Part shown: positions 56,652-64,000 of the stretch, piece after piece
Layout of the letters: every line of letters begins with the position of its first letter
How positions within the stretch are numbered: the stretch's first letter is position 1
DNA from: Cenarchaeum sp.
GTDB taxonomy: Archaea; Thermoproteota; Nitrososphaeria; Nitrososphaerales; Nitrosopumilaceae
Reading direction: 5' to 3'
Length of the DNA stretch: 64,000 bases
NCBI GenBank assembly: GCA_965242695.1
Contig: CBDESU010000001.1
Location: 1,376,001-1,440,000, forward strand
The notes under the pieces: generated by a model
Databases searched by the model: none
Told to the model about the DNA's origin: nothing
What the model saw: only the letters and a program-made list of their open reading frames with translations
Program-made: the position numbers and the translations under genes

Positions 56652-56750
56652 GCTCTGAGTTTCACCTCCTTGGAATTTAGAATTTGTATGCAGTATTTAT
56701 GCATTTTGCGCGCCCACAACGTACATATAGGTATCCACGGGCGCCGGCCC

Positions 56751-57035
56751 GTGGGGCGGGACGCGTCCAGGGACGGCGACAAGGGCGATCGCGCCGGCCG
56801 CGGGCGGCCCCGCAAGGCAGCAGGGGACGGCGAAGAGGAGGACGGCGAGCCGAGGTACGTCAGCCTGCGCGTCCCCAAGTCCGAGTACGACAAGCTCAAG
56901 GACCTGAGGGGAAGGATGGAGAAAAAGCCAGACTATTCCTGGGTCGGCAGCCTCGCCCTCGGCGCCTTTGTTGGGCTGGCGGCGGGGCTCGCACTCGAGC
57001 GGCTGACCCGGTCGGACAAAGACGACGGAGAGTGA
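56751..57035 (+). CDS. AT-hook + RHH-like regulator, copy 2
   Basis: Identical to copy 1 except the last few residues. Confidence 0.6.
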   Translation: MGRDASRDGDKGDRAGRGRPRKAAGDGEEEDGEPRYVSLRVPKSEYDKLKDLRGRMEKKPDYSWVGSLALGAFVGLAAGLALERLTRSDKDDGE

Positions 57036-57320
57036 CCCGCCCACGGCTAGCGCCGCCTCTTGACGTGGCTGCGGCGCTTTGGCGCTGCGACCCGCCCAAG
57101 GCGGCGCCGCCGTAGGCAGGCAAGGGGCCGTAGGATCAGGCTACGCTGGCCGGCCCCAGTCCCGCGGGCCGCCGGCCGGTACCTAGCCAACGCGTATCAG
57201 CAGACGGCCGCCGCCAGCCCCGGAAGCCATGCGGTACAGAGCGCGCCGGTTGCACCCCACGCCCCCAAACGCGCATCAAATCAGGGCAACTTATACATAC
57301 CCACGCCCATGCCCCGCACC

Positions 57321-58484
57321 GTGAAGGTCGTAGCGTTTGACGCCAAGCCGTTCGAGAGGGGCAGCCTGCGCAAGAGCGAGCAATCGGGCGATCGCAGTAG
57401 CGCGGGGACGTTCAAGACACAGATGGGCATCGGCGTCTCTATCAGCGACAAGGAGGCGTTCAAGGACAGGTTCACGGCCAAGTTTGCCGAGATCCGCCGC
57501 AGCCTCAAGCTCGGCGAGCAGCTTCCCATATGCCCGAGCAGCCGCCTGCGAAGCTTTGGGGACGAAAAGGCCGCAGAACTCGGCGGTCAGCTCGTAGATT
57601 CCGTGCAGGACCTGATCGAAGACGTGCACTGCTTCTTTGTGATTTTGCCGCCGGACAACCCCAGTACGGTTCGCGTCGGAGGGGCCGGAGGCGCGACCAT
57701 GGAGATTCCCACCTGGCTTTTTGTGAAAAACCTCGGGCCGATGCTCTCATATATGACGGCACAAGACTACCTGTACAAGCGCAGCGGCATGGGCATGAAG
57801 GACACGGAATTCCACATCGATGCGTTCATCTCAAAGCGCACCAAGTCGTGGGATATCCTTGTCGACAAAGTCGACCCCAAGGTGTTCTGGAGGGGCGACG
57901 AGTGCAACCCGTTCATAGCATGCGCCGACATATTGACTTTTCTCACGGACGCCAAGCTGCGCCGCCAGCACCTCAAGCTGAACCGCCAGAACGTAACCAA
58001 GGTTTGGAAGGGCCACGAGTTCGAGACGACGGCCCACTATGTGACGCGCAATGCCCTCGCCATCCACGCATGGTACACCAACGAGGCGATCGATGCGTGG
58101 CCGTACGTGGCGAGGCCGACCGTCTTCCTCGCAGTCGACAGCATGGCGCGCGATCGCCAAGCGGGGAGCGGCGGCGGCGATGCAGCGCCGGACCCGGCGG
58201 CCGCCGGCCCAGAGGGCGCAGAGCAGCCCAAGACGGCCTCGAAGGTCTTTGCCAAGTCCGCCGTCTATGCAGCGGCCGTACGGTACGCTTTCAACCACTC
58301 CGGCTCGTTCAAGCTCTTCAACCGCTACGAGGACAGCGCCCATGTCCACGACCACGACGTCTTCGTCTACGCCGGCCCCGAGTCGGAGAGGATCGGCAGG
58401 GTGCTACAAGACACGTCCCGCGTCAAGGTCATGTCCGGCCTCGAGCTAAGGGACAAAGTAGAAAAAGTAGAAAAACAGAGTTAA
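57321..58484 (+). CDS. Putative RNase H-fold (DUF3800-like) protein, copy 2
   Basis: MKVVAFDAKPF, FHIDAF, GDECNPFIACADILTFLTD; TTATACATA at 57291-57299 supports GTG 57321. Confidence 0.6.
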   Translation: MKVVAFDAKPFERGSLRKSEQSGDRSSAGTFKTQMGIGVSISDKEAFKDRFTAKFAEIRRSLKLGEQLPICPSSRLRSFGDEKAAELGGQLVDSVQDLIEDVHCFFVILPPDNPSTVRVGGAGGATMEIPTWLFVKNLGPMLSYMTAQDYLYKRSGMGMKDTEFHIDAFISKRTKSWDILVDKVDPKVFWRGDECNPFIACADILTFLTDAKLRRQHLKLNRQNVTKVWKGHEFETTAHYVTRNALAIHAWYTNEAIDAWPYVARPTVFLAVDSMARDRQAGSGGGDAAPDPAAAGPEGAEQPKTASKVFAKSAVYAAAVRYAFNHSGSFKLFNRYEDSAHVHDHDVFVYAGPESERIGRVLQDTSRVKVMSGLELRDKVEKVEKQS

Positions 58485-58527
58485 CCTACATCGAATGAGG
58501 ACGTCCCCTGGGAAAGCGGCGCCCTCG
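58485..58527 (-). ncRNA. Candidate small RNA convergent with 57321..58484
   Basis: TTATATA (minus strand, 58549-58555) then stem gagggcg...cgtcctc (58526-58497). Confidence 0.4.
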
Positions 58528-58782
58528 GCATGGCTTCCCCGCGGCGCGTATATAAGGATATCTCGCGCACGGGGCGGATCCTAGGCGTGGCCGTTCCCTA
58601 CCACCAGGATCCTGACCGCCCAAACGAGTCCCCGGCCCGATCCGGCGTCGACAGGGTGCCGTCGGGCAGGCGGTCAGCAGGCCGAGTCGGATGAGCCGCA
58701 GGTAGCGGCCGCTGCGGCTGCCTGCCGCCCCCCTCTTCTCCGCCCCGCCTCCGCTGCCTGGCGAGCCTCCGCCGCGGCCGCC

Positions 58783-59675
58783 CTAGTCGGGCTTCTCCAT
58801 CGCGCGGAGAAGATCAAGGGCGGGTGACCACCCCGCCGCGGCGAACCGGTCCAGGACTGAGAGGCACCTGCGCCCGTCGCCCTCCCCCGGCAGGGTCCAG
58901 GGCAGTCCGTCTAGCGCCTCGACGGAGTCCGTCATGACAAGGGGCAGGTGCGGCGACTCGTGCAGGGCCGCGACCCGCTCCAGGCGTCCCAGCGCCTGCT
59001 CCGGCATTTGATGCCAGTGGTCCCTCAGGAAGGCCGTCAGCATCTCCAGCGTACGGGAGCCGCCCTCGCGATCGCTGCGCGCCATCTTGTCCAGGTGGTC
59101 GCGGATACCCCCGCCAGGGCGCCCGGATCGGCGTCGGCGACCGAGTGCGTCAGGCAGCGCGCCGCGACGTCCCTGGTCTCGGGATCGCCGCTGTCGAGCA
59201 GGAGCGAGTAGAGATCTAGGGCTCCGGCCCGCGCGTCCGGAACTGACAGGCACGGCCCGAGCAGGCGCGCGGCCATCAGCCGGATCTCCCGCGGCAGTCC
59301 CGCGTCGGCCAGCGCGCCGCGCAGCGTCCCGAGGGCCGGGCGGCTTTGCCCATGCAGGGACAGGGAGAGGAGCGCAGGGACGGCCTCCGCGGCCTCGTCG
59401 GGGGCGTCCCCGCACAGCGAGAGCACGTTCTCGGCGGCTGCAAGGGCGGCCGGCCCGTCGGCCTCTGCAAGGCGGAGCAGGGGGTGCCGCATCCAAGACA
59501 GGACGCGGAGGTTCTGGTCAGAGCTGTACCTGGCCGTTATCCTGCCGGCCACGGCCGGATCGGCGTCGAACAGCAGTTCCAGCTCGCATGCCACGCTGGC
59601 CCGCACCCTGCCAATTCCGTCGGCGGAGAGCCCCTCGATGGCGGCCGGCAGCAGGAATCCCGCGTGCGGGCGCAC
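58783..59675 (-). pseudogene. C-terminal fragment of a HEAT-repeat-like protein, frameshifted
   Basis: Helical repeats (LLLDSGDPETRDVAA; GRVRASVA) split over two frames; 5' end lost at the IS remnant. Confidence 0.55.
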
Positions 59676-59732
59676 AGCCGGATCAGCCCCGTTGCGGCCA
59701 GCCCCCTTGTGTTGTCGCGCGGGAGGTATACA

Positions 59733-60810
59733 ATGCCCGGGCCAACGGGCGGATCCTCGCGCGGATCAGGGCGGGTCGCCATGCGCAGAAGCAGGTTCCT
59801 GGCGCCCTCGGATGCCGCTGCGCCCAGGGGCGTTTTGCCGTCCCCCAGGCGGTCTACAATACTGTCAAGCAGGCCGTAGTCGTCCCTGTGGGCCGGGCCT
59901 GGCCTCGAGAGTCGGTCGATCGCGTCCCCAATCGGGTCTGCCCTGTTTGGATCGTCAGGCGGCTCGTCGGGCTCGGCGCGGCGCGGTCTCGTCGGGCTCG
60001 GCTCGGGCGGTACCTGTCCCGCGACTGCGGCAAGTCGTTCTCGGCCAACCTCGGGTTTGAGAAGCGCAAGTACGATCCCGCGGTAGTGACCAGGGCCCTC
60101 GGCATGCGGTTCTCGGGCACGTCCCTGAGGGCCATCTGCTGCAACCTAGCGCAGGACGGCATCTTCGTGCGCCCCCGCACCGTGCTCAACTAGGTCGAGA
60201 GATGCGTCTTCCTGGCGGAGCCGTACGTCGAGACGCTCCGGCCGGCCGTCTCTCGAGTGTGGCGCATCGACGAGCTGGTCGTCGGGGTCGGGGAAAAGGG
60301 GCACGTCGAGTAAGTCGTCTCGATGCTCGACTCGCTCACGCTGCACAACCTTGCGCTGCAGGGTGCCGCCTGCAGGGGAACGTCCGACATGGCCCCGCTG
60401 TTCGAGCCGGCCGCCGGCCTGTCTGGCTTCGTCCCGACGGTCCTCGCGTCCGACAAGGCCGGCAACTTCCACGCCGCGTGGAAGGACCCGTACCGCGCCA
60501 AGAACTTCATGCAGCCGCCCACCTTCCACGTGTGGGACATACACGCCGGCAGGACGGACCGAAACAACAGCCCAGATGTAGCGGTTCAACAGGGAGCTGC
60601 GGGCGTTCGAGATGTGCGCAGGGGGCATCAAGGCCATGCGGACCTCGCCGTTCCGCGGGATGGGATACACCACAACTTTGTGCGCCCCCGCATGGGGCTG
60701 GGCAGCGGCGGGGACGGGCACGATGGCCTGACGCCGGCCAGGGCCGCGCGCATATTCGTGCAGGGGCAGAACGTGTGGATGACGCTGGTCCAGAACGCCC
60801 GGCTGCACCA
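59733..60810 (+). mobile_element. Decayed IS6-family-like DDE transposase (thaumarchaeal type)
   Basis: Zn-ribbon remnant DCGKSFSANLGFEK, HTH SLRAI..TVLN*, WRIDE, LASDK, HNFVRPRMGL, TPA..A; internal stops and frameshifts; no IRs identified. Confidence 0.8.
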
Positions 60811-61298
60811 GCGGCGGCGTGGCCGACTCGGCACCAGGGGCGGCGGCAGTGCCGTGGCCGCGGCATTGGTTGCCGGGCAGACCCAGGGCCGCCCAGACGC
60901 TCATTCGCACTGCCGCGGCGCCCGCAGGCAGGCGGCCTCCAGACGGCCAGGGCGCCGATTCGCGCAGAGTTGCGTTGGGAGGCGGATGATCGCCCCCGTG
61001 CGGCGCCCTCAGACCGCCGGGCGATCCGTATCCTGCGCCTCAAGTGCGGCGGAGGCAAGGCGCCACGATCCGCCCGCCCCCCGCCCGCCCGTCCCCTTCG
61101 GCCCGCTCGGGCCCCTCGGCAGGCGCCATCGCGGATATCGACCGCAGATTGCACACAATCGTCATCTCGGCCTAGTGCGCGGCCAATGGTGACAGGTGTG
61201 GCGAGGACGCATCCCAGCGGCCCCGAATCGCTTTTGCCGAGCCTAGCCCACCCCCGCGATCTACTTGTGTCGAGCATTGCCGCTGCTCCAAGTTGTGT

Positions 61299-61793
61299 TT
61301 AGTGCCCTGTAGAATCTGCCACGATGTCGTCCGGGCGCCCGAGTGCCGCTTCAAATGCACCTAGCACCTGCTTGGCATGTCCGTGCCACAAAATAATCTC
61401 GTCAAGCGATACGTCGATAGACTCGCCGTGCGCGCTGAGGTTTCGGTTGTCAATGAGGCTGTCATAGCCATTCTTGGCGATGGCGGTGACGTTGGCGATG
61501 AACCATTTGCGATGCCCGGCTCCAAAGCTTTGTAATATGTCGTTTTGAAGGTGCCTCGATCGGGGCTCCCTACGCATCTTGTACGCCTTCTTGACGTAGG
61601 ATGCAAGGGACTTGTCCCCCGATCGTTGTGCACGCTCAGCGATCAGCTCATCTACGACCTTTTCGTACCGACCGCAGATGTGAACTAGTAGGAACCTAAC
61701 AAGTTGAGACTCGTACGGCGTTGCGCGCAAGTTATTGTCTTCTAGGAGTTTTTTCCACTGCCCAATGTCACGATCGATGTCAGATAGATCCAT
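61299..61793 (-). CDS. HEPN-domain RNase (RiboL-PSP/MAE_28990-like)
   Basis: ICGRYEK and LIDNRNLSAHG (RxxxxH); directly downstream of DUF262. Confidence 0.8.
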   Translation of the reverse strand: MDLSDIDRDIGQWKKLLEDNNLRATPYESQLVRFLLVHICGRYEKVVDELIAERAQRSGDKSLASYVKKAYKMRREPRSRHLQNDILQSFGAGHRKWFIANVTAIAKNGYDSLIDNRNLSAHGESIDVSLDEIILWHGHAKQVLGAFEAALGRPDDIVADSTGH

Positions 61794-61798
61794 GTGCC

Positions 61799-62956
61799 TC
61801 ACTCAAACATGATTTCCCGTGCCAGGCGTAGTCGGCCCTTAACTGCCGCAACAGACGTTGTCGTTTTTGCCACATATTTTGCAAATTCTTCGCTGTTGCG
61901 CAGGCGCGCTAATCGCTCCTTTATGTCTGTCGGACACTGGCCGGCATTGCGAGCAAATGCGACAAATACTGAATCAAACAGTGGCATGCGTAACTGCCCG
62001 TATTCATTGTTAAACGGTTTGTCGCCAAGTGTGTTGCGCACCTCCCTGCAAACCTCCGCAAAGCGCGCCTTCTCAGTATCGATAAATACCGCGTCTGGAG
62101 TCTTGTTCTTTGCCATAAAGTTGGACAGGAAGGTCTTCATCGGCGCAGAATATTCGTTTTCCGCATGAAAGAGCGCCATATAGCGGAGTATCATCTCGAT
62201 ATCCTTCATGCGGGGATCACGGCGGGGCCTTCCCAGTATGGCGCGCCAGTCCTTGTCGGAATTTAGATTTCGAAGCATGTCGTTGAGGCCCCCGGCGTAG
62301 AGGCAGTTGCGCACTTCCTGCGGTTCTAGTGACGTGCCGCCGGTGTTAAGCCGCTCGAATATTTCATAGATGCCCGAGTCGTCGTCCCGGGGCTCATTTT
62401 GCATGACTATTGTTGCCCTGAGCACTGCGTTTTTTAGTCTGCGCTGGTCATCGTCCCCAAGATCCCAAAAGGTCTTGCCGTAGAGCCGGCTTCTTTCGTT
62501 GATTCCAGTAATTTGGAACTTTCTGCCCTTGTAGGCGCTGTCGTCAGGGTACTTGCCGTCCAAGTAGGAAAACACCGTCATGAGACGTTGCATGCCGTCT
62601 ATGACGATCGACCGTTCGTCCTCGCCCGTTGCCAGAAACACCGGCGGGACCGGCAGGCCCATCATAAACGACTCTATCAGCTTCGACGCCTGCGGTGGCT
62701 TCCAGACGTATCCCCGCTGGAACTTTGGGACTACAATGTCGCCGTTGCGCCACTTTTGGTGAAGAGTCTCTAGCGTAAAGTCTGCAGGCATTGCGAAGAT
62801 GTTGTACTCGAGGGGCGTCGACACAGCCACATCGTCGTCCTGAACTACCTCTACGGACTGACCGGCGCCGCCACCGTTCCGCGCTAGCTCGTCCTTGCCG
62901 ATGGTGACAGCCACCTGCCTGCGCACTACTTTTTTTGCGGCCTTCGTCTCGCTCAC
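61799..62956 (-). CDS. DUF262 (GmrS/ParB-like) protein
   Basis: VPKFQRGYVW, LIESFMMGLPVP, VIDGMQRL, IFERLNTGG. Confidence 0.9.
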   Translation of the reverse strand: MSETKAAKKVVRRQVAVTIGKDELARNGGGAGQSVEVVQDDDVAVSTPLEYNIFAMPADFTLETLHQKWRNGDIVVPKFQRGYVWKPPQASKLIESFMMGLPVPPVFLATGEDERSIVIDGMQRLMTVFSYLDGKYPDDSAYKGRKFQITGINERSRLYGKTFWDLGDDDQRRLKNAVLRATIVMQNEPRDDDSGIYEIFERLNTGGTSLEPQEVRNCLYAGGLNDMLRNLNSDKDWRAILGRPRRDPRMKDIEMILRYMALFHAENEYSAPMKTFLSNFMAKNKTPDAVFIDTEKARFAEVCREVRNTLGDKPFNNEYGQLRMPLFDSVFVAFARNAGQCPTDIKERLARLRNSEEFAKYVAKTTTSVAAVKGRLRLAREIMFE

Positions 62957-63086
62957 GAGCGGCGGCCGTCTAGCCGCCTTTAAAAACGATGGTGTTTATG
63001 GGTGCGCAGGGGGCATGCACATTCATCTATGATCTGTTGTACAAAAAGCATCCCTATGGGGAGGGGTCACCGAGAGGGGAGTTCAG

Positions 63087-63337
63087 ATGGCGGGGATGAT
63101 CGCGCCCGATCGCCCCGGCGTTCCGGCCGCGCGGCTTCACCGCCCCGGCGTTCCGGCCGCTCGCCACGCCGGAGCAGAAGAGGCGCCTGGAGGGGTTCGT
63201 CAGGACCCACCACGGCGAGGCGGGCGTCGCACTGGTCGCAATTGGACTGGCCCTCAAGTCCCCCGGCCCTCGTGGGAATCGGGACGGGCCTTGCGCTCCA
63301 CGACATAGACGACGCCGCAGAGTGGTTCGGGGACTGA
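63087..63337 (+). pseudogene. Small membrane protein with frameshifts
   Basis: Across frames reads ATPEQKRRLEGFVRTHHGEAGVALVAIGLALKS/PALVGIGTGLALHDIDDAAEWFGD; shifts in C-runs; T-run follows. Confidence 0.5.
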
Positions 63338-63674
63338 TGCGGGCGGCAGCCTGCTCGTCCCCATCCCCCTCTTTTTTCTTTATGCCGTCGTCAAGTGCAG
63401 TGCAAGGACGGGAGGTAGGGGGCCGCACCGCGCCCGCGCCAGGCGTCGCTGTCGCGTGTCCATGTCCCCGCCAGTAGCCGCCTCCACCCCACCGCCTTGC
63501 CACGCGGTCACTTTGCTTGTACAAAAGGCAGCACTGTGTGGACGGTCGCCGAGAGGAGGCCAGACGGTACGATGATCGCCCCTATCGCCTCGGCGTTCCG
63601 GCGCGCAGCTTCACCCCTTGGCGTTCTGGCCACGCATCCCCAAGGCAGAAATACACTGCGGGCGTGCCTGATGG

Positions 63675-64000
63675 GTGAGCGGTGCGGCATCGTCGCCGGG
63701 CGGCGCCAGGAAGGGGCAGCGCGCATACGACGTGTTCATATCGTACGCGCACAAGGACGGAAGGAGCATTGCGGTGCGGACAGAGGACGGCCTCCGCGAG
63801 CGGGGCCTCAGGGTGTGGCGCGACGAGATCGGCCTATCCATGGGAGACTCGATGTCTGAGGGAATCAGGAAAGGCCTGGTCGGCTCGTCGCACATGGTAG
63901 CCGTAGTCACCCCCGGCTACCTTGAAAGCGAGTGGGCTCGGATGGAGATTGGCGGCATGCTGCTTGGCAGGCACGGTGGCAGGGTACTCGCAGTCCTAGA
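63675..64000 (+). CDS. TIR-domain protein (runs off the window end)
   Basis: YDVFISYAHKD...GLRVWRDE...VVTPGYLESEWARMEI with the catalytic-type Glu; GTG at 63675; absent from the ORF track because it is open-ended. Confidence 0.88.
   Translation, partial: MSGAASSPGGARKGQRAYDVFISYAHKDGRSIAVRTEDGLRERGLRVWRDEIGLSMGDSMSEGIRKGLVGSSHMVAVVTPGYLESEWARMEIGGMLLGRHGGRVLAVL

Noticed and set aside
1800-60193. Many in-frame TAGs in otherwise collinear genes (1800, 45022, 49450, 50445, 60191) suggesting amber recoding
   Set aside because: TAG is the normal stop of many intact genes here, it is one mutation from GAG/CAG/TGG, and most affected genes carry other lesions; ordinary pseudogenisation suffices.
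63111-63160. 20-bp repeat with 30-bp period
   Set aside because: Short local duplication within a decayed gene; no wider pattern.
1-64000. tRNA/rRNA genes, integrase, reverse transcriptase (DGR) or cas genes explaining paralogue variation
   Set aside because: None recognisable; peptidase differences are not adenine-specific, so there is no DGR signature.

Overview
High-GC archaeal window, inferred to come from Nitrososphaerota (Thaumarchaeota), possibly a host-associated Nitrosopumilaceae. The inference rests on CFI-box-CTERM sorting tails, the 'VPAWVK...GQISE..LKYLIENG' N-terminal motif, TATA boxes about 25 nt before leaderless starts, and a thaumarchaeal-type IS6 remnant. Positions 1-25.4 kb hold a small TA-like islet and a ~7,140-aa surface protein (NHL, LVIVD and Ig-like repeats, two arrays of near-perfect 300-bp repeats). 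Positions 26-64 kb are an accessory/defence region: five paralogous secreted HExxH (DUF4344-like) peptidase genes separate cargo blocks. The cargo comprises two KAP-like NTPases, two mini-HNHs, two RNase H/DUF3800-like proteins, an SF1 helicase-unknown-PLD operon, SIR2, a RelE-like TA pair, GIY-YIG, a HARE-HTH-REase, DUF262+HEPN, TIR and several duplicated uncharacterised modules. The most unusual signals are: (i) four unrelated sites with the same CRISPR-like geometry, a 34-36 bp direct duplication around a 34-37 bp unique insert, one of them demonstrably an insertion into a coding sequence; (ii) a conserved convergent TATA+hairpin (candidate small RNA) after both RNase H-like paralogues; (iii) unannotated microproteins. 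All family assignments come from motifs recognised by eye; no searches were run.
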